A stretch of 55,145 bases of DNA from an uncultured Mycoplasmatota bacterium (GTDB lineage: Bacteria > Bacillota_I > Bacilli_A > RF39 > UBA660): NCBI GenBank assembly GCA_946413985.1, contig CAMKMS010000004.1:1-55145 (forward strand), given 5' to 3'. The notes under the pieces were generated by a model, which saw nothing but the letters and a program-made list of their open reading frames with translations, ran no database searches and was not told where the DNA came from. The number at the start of each line of letters is the position of its first letter. Position 1 is the stretch's first letter. Positions 39,323 to 48,997 of this stretch are shown here, one piece after another. The translations under genes and the position numbers were made by a program.

Positions 39323-40110
39323 TTATTCCAAATAAAAAAGAATTAAAGTTATATACTAAATATAACTTTAATATTTTTATTTTGCCTTTAAAAGGTTATA
39401 GTATTGGATATGATGTATATTATGATATAGATGAAATAAATGAATTATCATCTAACTATGAAATATATGTTTTAGTTAATAAATTTTTACATAAAAAAAT
39501 ATATGATTTTAAAAAATTATATCCTAAATTCAATAAAAGAATAAAGTTTATTATTGAAGATATAGGACTTGTTAATACTATTGATAAAGATAGATTTGTT
39601 TTATGGGAAAACCATATATTATCAAACTATAAAGCTATAAACTACTTATATAGTTTAGATATTAAAAATGTAGTTATTAATAATGATTTAACTATAAATG
39701 AACTTGAAACAATTATAAAAGAATGTAAGTCAAATATATACTATGGATACTTAGGTAAAAATATGATTATGTATTCAAGACGTAATTTAGTTAGTAATTT
39801 TAATAAAAATTATAATATTGATAATAATATAAATAGTTATGTTTTAAATGAAAAAGTAAGTCATAAAGAATTAGAAATATCTGACTATGAAGATGGAAGT
39901 ATTGTTAGATTTAATAAAGTATTTTGTGCATCTAAGTATTTGGATAATTTGAGTAGTTTTAATCTAATAATTGATTTAACTAATATAGATTCAAAAACTA
40001 CAGAGTTAATACTTGATAATTTATTTAATAAAAAATTATGTGATTTAATAGATTCAGACTATTACTTCTTAGAACATGATATTAAATATAAGGTGGGTGA
40101 TTTAAAATGA
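39298..40110 (+). CDS. Divergent peptidase U32-family subunit (YrrN/TrhP1-like)
   Basis: ELT/INEL and MYSRRNLVSNF motifs; lies between trmR and an intact U32 gene. Confidence 0.7.
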   Translation: MQKKEKFLIIPNKKELKLYTKYNFNIFILPLKGYSIGYDVYYDIDEINELSSNYEIYVLVNKFLHKKIYDFKKLYPKFNKRIKFIIEDIGLVNTIDKDRFVLWENHILSNYKAINYLYSLDIKNVVINNDLTINELETIIKECKSNIYYGYLGKNMIMYSRRNLVSNFNKNYNIDNNINSYVLNEKVSHKELEISDYEDGSIVRFNKVFCASKYLDNLSSFNLIIDLTNIDSKTTELILDNLFNKKLCDLIDSDYYFLEHDIKYKVGDLK

Positions 40111-41282
40111 ATTATGAACTTTTATTACCCGCTGGTGACTTTGAAAGATTTAAAGTGGCAATTGATTATGGAGCTGATGCAGTATATTTTGGTGGATACA
40201 ATTATAGTTTAAGAGCAAATGCAAATAATTTTTCATTAGATGATATAAAAAAAGCAACTAAGTATGCTCATGAAAGAAATAAAAAAGTATATGTTACAGT
40301 AAATATGATATTTCATAATGAGGATCTAGAAGGACTTGATGAATACTTACTTGCTCTTGACAATATAGGAATAGATTCATATATTGTTAGTGACTTTGCA
40401 GTAATTGAAGCAATAAAAAGATTAAATATAAAAACAAAATTTTATATATCTACTCAAAAATCTATTACTAATCTTGAAAGTGTTAAATTTTATAAATCAC
40501 TTGGTGCTTATAGAGTAGTACTTGCTCGTGAGGCATCTAGAGAAGATATTAAATATATAAAAGAAAACATTGATACAGAACTTGAAGTATTTATTCATGG
40601 AGCTATGTGTACTAGTTATAGTGGAAGATGCGTAATGAGTAATTATGTAACATTACGTGATTCTAATAGAGGAGGATGTTCACAAGTATGTAGATTTAAT
40701 TTTGATAATAATACAGAATATGATTATGCATTTTCTTCTAAAGATTTGAATATGATAGATTATATATCTGATATGATGGACTTAGGTGTTGAATCATTTA
40801 AGATAGAAGGAAGAATGAAAAGCTTATATTATATAGCAACAGTTGCTAATGCTTATAGAACTATTATGGATAAAAAAATAGATGGTAGTCTTGATAAGAA
40901 AACTATTGATTACTATAAAAAAGTATTAAATAGAGTATCTAATCGTGAAAATATTAGTCAATTTTATAATGGGGTTCCTGGAGTTGAAGGACAATATTAT
41001 AGTGGAAGACAAGAAGTATCAAATCAAGATTTCTTAGCAGTTATTTTATCTTATAATGAGAAAACAAAAGAAGCTTTAATTGAGCAAAGAAATAAATTTA
41101 GTGTTGGTGATGAAGTAGAGGTTTTTGGACCTAATACATCTGTTCAATCATTAAGAATAAATTATATTATCAACGAAGACAATGAAAGTGTTACATCTGC
41201 ATCACATCCTCAAGAAAAGTTAAAAATTAATATGCCATTTAAAGTTAGTGAGGGTGATATAGTAAGGGTTAAAATATCTTGA
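40107..41282 (+). CDS. Peptidase U32-family tRNA hydroxylase (YrrO/TrhP2-like)
   Basis: ELLLPAG, GADAVYFG, HGAMCTSYSGRC, NRGGCSQVCR, FKIEGRMK. Confidence 0.92.
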   Translation: MNYELLLPAGDFERFKVAIDYGADAVYFGGYNYSLRANANNFSLDDIKKATKYAHERNKKVYVTVNMIFHNEDLEGLDEYLLALDNIGIDSYIVSDFAVIEAIKRLNIKTKFYISTQKSITNLESVKFYKSLGAYRVVLAREASREDIKYIKENIDTELEVFIHGAMCTSYSGRCVMSNYVTLRDSNRGGCSQVCRFNFDNNTEYDYAFSSKDLNMIDYISDMMDLGVESFKIEGRMKSLYYIATVANAYRTIMDKKIDGSLDKKTIDYYKKVLNRVSNRENISQFYNGVPGVEGQYYSGRQEVSNQDFLAVILSYNEKTKEALIEQRNKFSVGDEVEVFGPNTSVQSLRINYIINEDNESVTSASHPQEKLKINMPFKVSEGDIVRVKIS

Positions 41283-41307
41283 CAAAATATACATTTTATT
41301 GTATCAT
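41279..41307 (+). promoter_or_regulatory. Sigma-A promoter of greA-tig
   Basis: TTGACA-17 bp-TATCAT. Confidence 0.7.
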
Positions 41308-41337
41308 TTGTTGGTAGCAAGAAAGAGGTGGCTTTAC

Positions 41338-41808
41338 ATGAAAAAGAAAGAAATATTTTTAACTAGCGAAGGTTTTTTAGAATTACAAAATGAATTACAT
41401 TATTTAAAGACTGAAAAAAGAGCTGAAGTAACTCAAACTTTAAAAGAAGCAAGAGCTTTAGGTGATTTATCAGAAAACTCTGAATATGATCAAGCAAGAG
41501 AAGATCAAGCTAATTTAGAAAAAAGAATAATGGAAATAGAGTATTCTTTAGAACATGCAACTGTAATAGATGAAAAAGAAAGTAATGGAAAAGTAGGTAT
41601 TGGTAGTCAAGTAGAACTTCAATATGAAGATGATGATGATACTGAAAGCTATAAAATAGTAGGTAGTCAAGAAGCAGATCCTGATGATAATAAAATTTCA
41701 AATGAAAGTCCAATTGCAACTGCAATAATGGGTAAAAAAGTTGGAGATGTTGTTGAAGTATCTTCTCCAAATGGTGTTTATTCTGTTAAAATCGTTGCAA
41801 TAGCTTAA
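41338..41808 (+). CDS. greA: Transcription elongation factor GreA
   Basis: ARALGDLSENSEYDQAR, ISNESPI; start moved to ATG 41338. Confidence 0.97.
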   Translation: MKKKEIFLTSEGFLELQNELHYLKTEKRAEVTQTLKEARALGDLSENSEYDQAREDQANLEKRIMEIEYSLEHATVIDEKESNGKVGIGSQVELQYEDDDDTESYKIVGSQEADPDDNKISNESPIATAIMGKKVGDVVEVSSPNGVYSVKIVAIA

Positions 41809-41832
41809 ATTTTAAATTTTTTAGGAGGTTAT

Positions 41833-43131
41833 ATGAAAAAGAGTTATAGCGTTAAATTAGAAGGAAATGAATGGAAAGATTGTTTAAAAGAATCTTATAA
41901 TAAAAAGAAAAAAGATATAAAGATGGATGGTTTTAGAAAAGGACTAGTTCCATATGAAATATATACTAAAAAAGCTGGTGTAGAATCTTTATATATGGAT
42001 GCTATGGACTTAGCTGTTGATAAATTATATGCTAAACTTCTAAGTGATCCAGAAACAATTACTCCAGCTGCTACTCCAAGTATTGATATTAAAAATATTA
42101 CAGAACATGAAGTAGAAGTAGAATTTACTTTAGTATCTTCACCAGAAGTTAAAATTGGAAAATATAAAAACTTAGGTGTTAAAAAAGACAAAGTAGAAGT
42201 AACTGATGAAGAAATAGAGCATGAACTTGGTCATATAAGAGAACAATATGCAGAAGTTCGCACTTTAGATGATAAAACTGTTTTAGAAAATGGTATGATT
42301 GCTGTTATTGATTTTGAAGGATTTAAAGATGGTGTAGCATTTAAGGGTGGAAAAGGATCAGATTATAATCTTGAACTTGGTTCTAATACATTTATTCCTG
42401 GATTTGAAGAAGCTTTAGTTGGACTTAAGAAGGGTGATAAAAAAGACGTTAATGTCACATTCCCAGATAATTATCATAGTGAAGAATTAAAAGGAAAACC
42501 AGTTGTATTTAAAGTTGAAATTAAAGAAGTAAAACAAAGAGTTATGCCTGAATATAATAAAGAATTTTTTGAAGACTTAAATATTGAAGGTGTAACAAGT
42601 GAAAAAGAATTAAAAAATTATATTAAAGAAGGAATTGAAACTGAAAAAGCAAAACAAGTGGAAGATGAATATTTATTTAAATGTTTAGATAAAGTTGTTG
42701 AATCATCTACATTTGAAATTCCTGAAGAAATGACTAATGATGAGGTTAATAGATTAACTAGAGAATTCTCTGAAAAGTTAAGATATCAAGGATTAAACTT
42801 CAATGATTACTTAAAGTTTACTAATAGTAAAGAAGAAGATTTTAAGAAAACTTTAGTTCCAGAAGCTAATAAGAGAATAGGTTATAGATTAATGATGGAT
42901 GCTATTGTTGAAAAAGAAAAACTTGAAGTAAGTGATGAAGAATATGAAAAAGGATTAGAAGAAGCGGCTAAGAATTATGGAATGAAGAAAGAAGATTTCT
43001 TAAAAGAAATTGGAAATCCTGATTTATTTAGATATGATTTACTTATGAAGAAAGCAATGAAAGTTGTTACTGAAGGTAATAGCGCAAAAGAAACAAAAAC
43101 TAAAAAGACAACAAAAAAATCTGAAAAATAA
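41833..43131 (+). CDS. tig: Trigger factor
   Basis: GFRKGLVP, FKBP domain IDFEG...ELGSNTFIPGFEE, VTFPDNYH. Confidence 0.97.
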   Translation: MKKSYSVKLEGNEWKDCLKESYNKKKKDIKMDGFRKGLVPYEIYTKKAGVESLYMDAMDLAVDKLYAKLLSDPETITPAATPSIDIKNITEHEVEVEFTLVSSPEVKIGKYKNLGVKKDKVEVTDEEIEHELGHIREQYAEVRTLDDKTVLENGMIAVIDFEGFKDGVAFKGGKGSDYNLELGSNTFIPGFEEALVGLKKGDKKDVNVTFPDNYHSEELKGKPVVFKVEIKEVKQRVMPEYNKEFFEDLNIEGVTSEKELKNYIKEGIETEKAKQVEDEYLFKCLDKVVESSTFEIPEEMTNDEVNRLTREFSEKLRYQGLNFNDYLKFTNSKEEDFKKTLVPEANKRIGYRLMMDAIVEKEKLEVSDEEYEKGLEEAAKNYGMKKEDFLKEIGNPDLFRYDLLMKKAMKVVTEGNSAKETKTKKTTKKSEK

Positions 43132-43144
43132 TTTCAGATTTTTT
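43114..43144. terminator. Bidirectional terminator between tig and tex
   Basis: AAAAAATCTGAAA-AATAA-TTTCAGATTTTTT. Confidence 0.75.
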
Positions 43145-45287
43145 AATTATTTGGATCGATTAGAGAAAGGGAAACTTTCTCTTTTTCTTTATTTATATCA
43201 ATTACATAGCAAGTAACTATTTGGCCAACACTTAATACTTCACTTGGGTGTTTAATATATTTATTTGCTATTTTAGATATATGAACAAGTCCATCACTAT
43301 GAAGACCTATATCAATAAATGCACCAAAATCAACAACATTTCTAACAGTACCTTCTAATTTCATTCCAACTTTTAAATTATCAATTGTTAATATATCACT
43401 TTTTAAAAGTGGCATTTCATAATCATCTCTAAAATCTCTATTAGGTTTTTCAAGTGAATCAATAATATCATTTAATGTATATAAATCTATATCAAGTTCT
43501 TTTGATACTTTATTAGTATCTAATTTTTTTAATGCATCAATTAATTCTTTAGATCCTAAATCATTTGTAGTCATATTAATGTGATTCAATAATTTTAATG
43601 TTTTGTCATAACTTTCTGTATGTATATTTGTTTTGTCAAGTGGATTATCTCCATCTATTACTCTCATAAATCCTATTGATTGTTCATATGCTTTATCATT
43701 TAATAATTTTTTCTTTTTTAATTCTTCTCTTGATTTTATTTTACCATTATCTTGTCTATATTTAATTATTTTATCTATAGCTGTTTTTGTTAAACCAGAT
43801 ATATATTTAAGTATAGAAGGGGAAGCAGTATTTATATTTACTCCAACATTATTAACACATTTTGATACAGTAAAATCTAGGCTTTCAGATAGTTTTTTTT
43901 GACTAACATCATGCTGATATTCACCAACTCCAATACTTTTGGGATCTATTTTAACTAGTTCATTTAATGGATCTTGAAGACGTCTAGCAATAGAAACAGC
44001 ACTTCTTTTTTCAACAGTTAAATCTGGAAACTCACTTATGGCAAGAGCAGATGCACTATATACACTAGCTCCCGCTTCAGATACAATAGCATACTTACAA
44101 CCATTAACTTCTTTTAGAGTTTCACTTACTAGTTTTTCACTTTCACGTGAAGCTGTACCATTTCCAATAGATACAATATCGATATGATATTTATTTATTA
44201 AATCCTTTAATGTTTCTTTTGATTTTTCCCATTCATTTTGAGGTTCATGAGGATATATAACAGATATATTTAATACTTTACTAGTTGGATCTACTACAGC
44301 AAGTTTGCAACCTGTTCTAAAAGCAGGGTCAAATCCTAAAACTGTTTTTTCTTTCATAGGTGCTACAAGAAGTAAATTTTCTAAGTTTTCTTTAAATACT
44401 TCAATAGATGCATCTTCACTTTTTTCTGTTAGTTCACTTCTAATTTCACGTTCAATAGATGGACCAATTAATCTTTTATATGAGTCTTTTATAGCATCAA
44501 CTACATATTCACGAACTGGACTATCTTTTTTAATTATTTTTAATTCTAAAAACTCTTGTATTTCATCAGTATTAACATCAATACTTACAGTCAATACTTT
44601 TTCATTTTCGCCTCTATTAATTGCTAGAACTCTATGTGGTTTTATACTTTTAACTGCTTCAGAAAAGTCATAATACATTTCATATACTTTATTAGTATCT
44701 GGATTAGTCTTTTTAACTTTAGATGTAATAATTCCTACTTTCCAAAAGAAACTTCTTATCCATTTTCTATAATATGCATTATCACTAATCCATTCAGCAA
44801 TAATATATTTAGCTCCCTCTATAGCATCATCTCTTGTTTTAACGTTTTCATTTAAGAATTTATCTACACTTTCTAGTTTAAAGTTATCTGGAAAACTCAT
44901 AATAATTTTAGCAAGTGGTTCAAGACCATTTTTAATTGCTTCAGTTGCCTTAGTTTTCTTCTTTTCTTTAAAAGGAAGATAAATATCTTCAACTTCAACT
45001 AGTTTTTTTGCTTTTTTAATATTTTCTTCTATTTCAGGAGTTAATAATCCTTTTTCATCTATTAATCTAATAACATCTTCTTTTCTTTTTAAAAGGTTAA
45101 CTTCATATTCATAATATTCATTTATATGTCTTATTTGTTCTTCATCAAGTGCTCCAGTTACTTCCTTTCTATATCTTGCTATAAAAGGAATAGTGTTCCC
45201 TTCACTTAAAAGATTTAAAACATTTTTAACTTGTGAATCTTTAACATTTAATTCTTTTGATATTTCACTTATTATTTCATCATTCAT
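43143..45287 (-). CDS. tex: Tex/YhgF RNA-binding transcription accessory protein
   Basis: TIPFIARYRKE, DPAFRTGCK, GNGTASRE, EAGASVYSAS, GVGEYQHD, C-terminal S1 (GTVRNVVDFGAFIDIG). Confidence 0.96.
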   Translation of the reverse strand: MNDEIISEISKELNVKDSQVKNVLNLLSEGNTIPFIARYRKEVTGALDEEQIRHINEYYEYEVNLLKRKEDVIRLIDEKGLLTPEIEENIKKAKKLVEVEDIYLPFKEKKKTKATEAIKNGLEPLAKIIMSFPDNFKLESVDKFLNENVKTRDDAIEGAKYIIAEWISDNAYYRKWIRSFFWKVGIITSKVKKTNPDTNKVYEMYYDFSEAVKSIKPHRVLAINRGENEKVLTVSIDVNTDEIQEFLELKIIKKDSPVREYVVDAIKDSYKRLIGPSIEREIRSELTEKSEDASIEVFKENLENLLLVAPMKEKTVLGFDPAFRTGCKLAVVDPTSKVLNISVIYPHEPQNEWEKSKETLKDLINKYHIDIVSIGNGTASRESEKLVSETLKEVNGCKYAIVSEAGASVYSASALAISEFPDLTVEKRSAVSIARRLQDPLNELVKIDPKSIGVGEYQHDVSQKKLSESLDFTVSKCVNNVGVNINTASPSILKYISGLTKTAIDKIIKYRQDNGKIKSREELKKKKLLNDKAYEQSIGFMRVIDGDNPLDKTNIHTESYDKTLKLLNHINMTTNDLGSKELIDALKKLDTNKVSKELDIDLYTLNDIIDSLEKPNRDFRDDYEMPLLKSDILTIDNLKVGMKLEGTVRNVVDFGAFIDIGLHSDGLVHISKIANKYIKHPSEVLSVGQIVTCYVIDINKEKEKVSLSLIDPNN

Positions 45288-45372
45288 TTGTATTTCTCCT
45301 TATTGCACTTTATTATTATATCAATTAAAAGAATTTAGAGAAATATTTAAAACAAATAATTTACAAAAAAAT

Positions 45373-45396
45373 AAAAAACTCAAGAAATTCTTGAGT
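45373..45396 (-). terminator. Terminator of tRNA-Ser
   Basis: ACTCAAGA-AAT-TCTTGAGT with a U-tract on the minus strand. Confidence 0.7.
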
Positions 45397-45407
45397 AATT
45401 TTTTATA

Positions 45408-45498
45408 TGGCGGAGACAGAGAGATTTGAACTCTCGCGCCAGTTTCCCGACCTACACCCTTAGCAGGGGCGCCTCTTCAGCCTCTTGAGTATGTCTCC
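45408..45498 (-). tRNA. tRNA-Ser (GCT)
   Basis: Reverse complement GGAGACA...CGCCC-CT GCT AA-GGGTG, long variable arm, GTTCAAATC, ends GCCA; promoter TTGACT-17-TATTAT (45541-45513). Confidence 0.97.
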
Positions 45499-45614
45499 GT
45501 AGGCACGTATTAATAATAACCTATAATTATTAATAAGTCAAGAAAATACTTGTATTATTTGACTAATTAAGTTATAATGTATATATATGTACGATAGATG
45601 AGGGAAGTGAACTT

Positions 45615-45854
45615 ATGAAAGAAGAAACAATGTATCAAACAACAGCAATTATTGATATAGATGAAGAATTAAAACGCCAGGAAGAATTAATAAATACAAT
45701 TAAAATGGAACCTATTTTAGAAACTACAGAGATTCCAGAAGAAGAAACTATTATTCAAAAGAAGAAAAGAATTAGATTTACTGATTATTGTTTAATGTCT
45801 ATGATAGTAGTATTAAGCGTTGTATTTATAATGGTTATATTTAACGTAATGTAA
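45615..45854 (+). CDS. Small acidic protein with C-terminal transmembrane helix
   Basis: Promoter TTGTAT-17-TATAAT (45550-45578); C-terminal CLMSMIVVLSVVFIMVIF. Confidence 0.7.
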   Translation: MKEETMYQTTAIIDIDEELKRQEELINTIKMEPILETTEIPEEETIIQKKKRIRFTDYCLMSMIVVLSVVFIMVIFNVM

Positions 45855-45944
45855 TTATTATGTATTTTTAAACAAGACAGTAAATGTCTTGTTTTCATTT
45901 GCAAAATATTATATAATCAATTTGTTAAAAAAAGAGGTGCAAAA

Positions 45945-47585
45945 ATGACTAATAAAGATTTAGCTGATTTGATATTTCCTAATATTAATAAAACAGTAAA
46001 AGATTATGAAAAAATATATCCTGATAGAGGTGGAAAAGTAACAACACGTATTGCTCCAAGTCCAACTGGATATATGCATATAGGTGGAATATACCAAGCA
46101 ATTATAGATAATTTAATTGCAAAAAATAATAATGGTGTATTTATGCTTAGAATAGAGGATACTGATCAAAAAAGAGAAGTAGGTGAAGCTGTTGAATTAA
46201 TTCACTCTGCATTAAAAAGATATGATTTAAATCCTGATGAATACGAATATCACGACAAAACTGTTGGTAATTATGGACCATATGTTCAAAGTGAAAGAAA
46301 AGAAATTTATCATGCTTTTATTAAGCATTTAATAGAAATAGGAAGAGCTTATCCTTGTTTTTGCAAAAAAGAAACATTAGAAGAATTAAGAGTAATGCAA
46401 GAGCATAAGAAACAAAGAACTGGATATTATGGTAAATATGCTAAATGTAGAAATTTAACAGTAGATGAAATGATAGAAAAAATCAAAGCTGGAGAAGAGT
46501 ATGCTATTAGATTTAGAAGTGAAGGAGATTTTGAGCGTAAATTCAAATTTCATGATGAAGTAAAAGGAGACCTTGAATTATCTGAAAATGATGAAGACTT
46601 CATTATCATGAAAAGTGATAATCATCTTCCAACATATCATTTTGCACATTTAGTTGATGATTATTTAATGCATACAACTCATATAATTAGAGGAGAAGAG
46701 TGGTTAAGTAGTGCTCCAAAACATGTTGAATTATTTAATACATTTGGTTTTCCACTTCCAAAATATGTTCATACTCCATTAATTATTAAAAAAGAAGGAA
46801 ACAGCATTAGAAAGATAAGTAAAAGAAAAGATCCAGAAGCTACTATGAGTTATTATAGTGAAAATGGTTATCCAAAAGAAGCTGTAATTGAATCATTAAT
46901 GACAATAATTAATTCAAATTATGAACAGTGGCATTCAGAAAATCCTGATAAAACATATTTAGATTTTGAATTTAATCCTGAAAAAATGTCTTCTTCTGGC
47001 GCTCTTTATGATTTAGAAAAATTAGGTAGTTTATCAAGAGATATTATTGCTCATAAAAAAGCTAGTGAAGTAGCAAGTGAATCATACGAATGGGCAAAAG
47101 AATATAGTCCATCTTTGAAAAGTATGATTGAAAGTGATATGGACTATTATACTAATATTTTAAATATTGAGCGTGAACAAGAAAAACCAAGAAAAGACAT
47201 TGTTAACTATAGTATGATTGAAAGTTTAATTTGGTATATGTATGATGATAAATTTGAAAATACTACTAAAGAATATGAATGGAAAAATATAACAGATATA
47301 AATGAAATTAAAAATATATTAAAATTATATTTTGATAAGTATTATGATGAAAATGATGATAAAGAAACTTGGTTTAATAAAGTAAAAGAATTATGTGAAG
47401 AACTTGGATATGCATCTAATATAAAAGAATATAAACAAAATCCAGATGCATACAAAGGAAATGTTGCTGATATTAGTACTGTAATAAGAGTTGCAATCAC
47501 TTCAAAATCAAATACACCTGATCTTTATGAATTAATGAAATTACTTGGAAAAACAAGAATAATGAAAAGAGTTAACAGTTTGTAG
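45945..47585 (+). CDS. gltX: Glutamyl-tRNA synthetase
   Basis: RIAPSPTGYMHIGG, RIEDTDQ, PYVQSER, PTYHFA, IRGEEW, KISKR. Confidence 0.96.
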   Translation: MTNKDLADLIFPNINKTVKDYEKIYPDRGGKVTTRIAPSPTGYMHIGGIYQAIIDNLIAKNNNGVFMLRIEDTDQKREVGEAVELIHSALKRYDLNPDEYEYHDKTVGNYGPYVQSERKEIYHAFIKHLIEIGRAYPCFCKKETLEELRVMQEHKKQRTGYYGKYAKCRNLTVDEMIEKIKAGEEYAIRFRSEGDFERKFKFHDEVKGDLELSENDEDFIIMKSDNHLPTYHFAHLVDDYLMHTTHIIRGEEWLSSAPKHVELFNTFGFPLPKYVHTPLIIKKEGNSIRKISKRKDPEATMSYYSENGYPKEAVIESLMTIINSNYEQWHSENPDKTYLDFEFNPEKMSSSGALYDLEKLGSLSRDIIAHKKASEVASESYEWAKEYSPSLKSMIESDMDYYTNILNIEREQEKPRKDIVNYSMIESLIWYMYDDKFENTTKEYEWKNITDINEIKNILKLYFDKYYDENDDKETWFNKVKELCEELGYASNIKEYKQNPDAYKGNVADISTVIRVAITSKSNTPDLYELMKLLGKTRIMKRVNSL

Positions 47586-47599
47586 TTTAACTCTTTTTC

Positions 47600-47628
47600 T
47601 TGACAAAACCCTCGATTTATATTATAGT
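47600..47628 (+). promoter_or_regulatory. Sigma-A promoter of tRNA-Trp
   Basis: TTGACA-17 bp-TATAGT. Confidence 0.8.
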
Positions 47629-47640
47629 TATTCTTGTTGT

Positions 47641-47714
47641 AGGGGTATCATATAGTGGTAGTATGCCGGTCTCCAAAACCGTTCGCGAGGGTTCGAGTCC
47701 TTCTACCCCTGCCA
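47641..47714 (+). tRNA. tRNA-Trp (CCA)
   Basis: AGGGGTA/TACCCCT acceptor, CGGT-CT CCA AA-ACCG anticodon arm, GTTCGAGTC, encoded CCA. Confidence 0.97.
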
Positions 47715-47724
47715 TAATGTATGC

Positions 47725-47752
47725 AAACTCTAACTTTATAGTTAGAGTTTTT
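47725..47752 (+). terminator. Terminator of tRNA-Trp (member of a three-copy family)
   Basis: AAACTCTAACT-TTAT-AGTTAGAGTTT plus T-run. Confidence 0.85.
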
Positions 47753-47810
47753 ATATTGCATAAAGAAAAAATAATGATATAATAAATAATTACTTAGGGA
47801 GGTTTTAAAA

Positions 47811-48659
47811 ATGTCATTAACTAGAATTTATGATATTAATGATGCAAAATTAATTTTACGAAAAGATTTTAAAGATAGAATAAATGTTTATAGGCCTAAA
47901 AATGCATGGGATCTTGAAGGAACATTAGATTCAAAACCAATAAAAATAATATATTCAAATTATGATGATTGTTTGCTTGCTTCAACAGATTTAGAACATA
48001 GAGAAGTATTAGAAGAATTAATTCCTGTACTAACAAAAGCGATGAATAATTATGAACCAATTTGTAGTTATGACAAATTAAAAAAAGGGGCAAAACCTGA
48101 AACTGCTGAACCAACAATAGAATGGGATATAAAGAATCGCAAAGAAAGACTTGATGAATTAATTAATGGTAAAGGTTTTCCTGGCTATGAAGTGCTTAAT
48201 TTAAAAATTAATGAACCAACATATGGTATATATCCAGGGATTATCGAAGACCCAGGAAGAATTAATAATTTGGGTGAAATAGAACTATATTTTGCAATTG
48301 ATTATTTAGGTGGATACATTTGGCAATGCAATCATGCTATGGCCGATGGAAAAATGCCTGAAATAGATTTATCTGAAGAACAATATGCCCTAGAATATTT
48401 GGTATATCAAACAACAAAATTTGGTGTAGAGTTACCAAAACCAGAAAAAGGTAAACACATTACACCAACACCATCATATTGGGCTTGGTTTAGATTTTAT
48501 GATAATCATTTCAAAAATGTTCTTACAAATGAGCAATGGGCTGCCTTTCAGGAAGCACAAAATAACGACAAAGATATATCAGAATTCATGCCTAGCGGGC
48601 ACTGGACCGATTTATTAGAAAAAAAGCCAGCAAAGACTAGAGTTAAAAATAAAAAATGA
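47811..48659 (+). CDS. Hypothetical protein
   Basis: 282-aa ORF, RBS GGGAGG, upstream TGaTATAAT; basic C-terminal tail. Confidence 0.75.
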   Translation: MSLTRIYDINDAKLILRKDFKDRINVYRPKNAWDLEGTLDSKPIKIIYSNYDDCLLASTDLEHREVLEELIPVLTKAMNNYEPICSYDKLKKGAKPETAEPTIEWDIKNRKERLDELINGKGFPGYEVLNLKINEPTYGIYPGIIEDPGRINNLGEIELYFAIDYLGGYIWQCNHAMADGKMPEIDLSEEQYALEYLVYQTTKFGVELPKPEKGKHITPTPSYWAWFRFYDNHFKNVLTNEQWAAFQEAQNNDKDISEFMPSGHWTDLLEKKPAKTRVKNKK

Positions 48660-48699
48660 AATGTTTAATAAAATATCAATCTATGCTATAATATTTATA

Positions 48700-48788
48700 G
48701 CAGTTGAATGGTATGAAAGTAGTTTCACAACCGGTAACTACTGGTGCCATTATGATTATTACTCAAACTATTATAGTTTGAGTTTTTT
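48700..48788 (+). ncRNA. Candidate small RNA A (own promoter and terminator)
   Basis: TGcTATAAT (48684-48692); stem AATGGTA/TGCCATT enclosing further helices; terminator ACTCAAACTA-TTA-TAGTTTGAGT-TTTTT; no ORF. Confidence 0.55.
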
Positions 48789-48798
48789 ATTTAAATGC

Positions 48799-48827
48799 TT
48801 TACAAACATATTTTTGTGTTATATAAT
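48799..48827 (+). promoter_or_regulatory. Sigma-A promoter of rhuM-Fic leader (copy 1)
   Basis: TTTACA-17 bp-TATAAT. Confidence 0.8.
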
Positions 48828-48833
48828 TAATTT

Positions 48834-48957
48834 GTAATAATTACTTGCCAAGTGTTATTATGACAATTTGTTCGACTAGGGTTTTCTATTTAAGGCAAGA
48901 TAAATAGATTGCATGCATGCGGAGATATACTTTTTTAAGTATGTCTCCTTTTTTTTT
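48834..48957 (+). ncRNA. Structured leader RNA with kissing loops and terminator (copy 1)
   Basis: Hairpin GTAATAA/TTATTAT with CTTGCC at its tip; hairpin TCTATTTA/TAAATAGA with loop GGCAAG; terminator GGAGATATACTT/AAGTATGTCTCC-T9; conserved in copy 2. Confidence 0.75.
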
Positions 48958-48997
48958 GCAAGTAATTATTAAGAATAACAATAAAAGGAGGTATGTT

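Noticed and set aside
39298-40110. First U32 gene as a pseudogene or novel protein
   Set aside because: The ORF is intact and in the known yrrM-yrrN-yrrO order, and the YrrN-type subunit is normally the divergent one.
45193-45429. 78-aa + strand ORF
   Set aside because: Antisense to the tex 5' end and tRNA-Ser; no RBS.
47600-47782. 60-aa ORF from the track
   Set aside because: It begins in the -35 box and runs through tRNA-Trp and its terminator; a shadow ORF.
48700-48752. sRNA A as a SAM-I or purine riboswitch (CAACC...GGTGCCA; AGTTTC...CCGGTAA)
   Set aside because: It lacks the SAM-I TTATC/AGAG/GAT core and the purine junction spacing, and is followed by its own terminator and a new promoter rather than a metabolic gene.
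48917-48997. N-terminal extension of the RhuM-Fic ORF
   Set aside because: It runs through the leader terminator; the RBS and the paralog start define ATG 48998.
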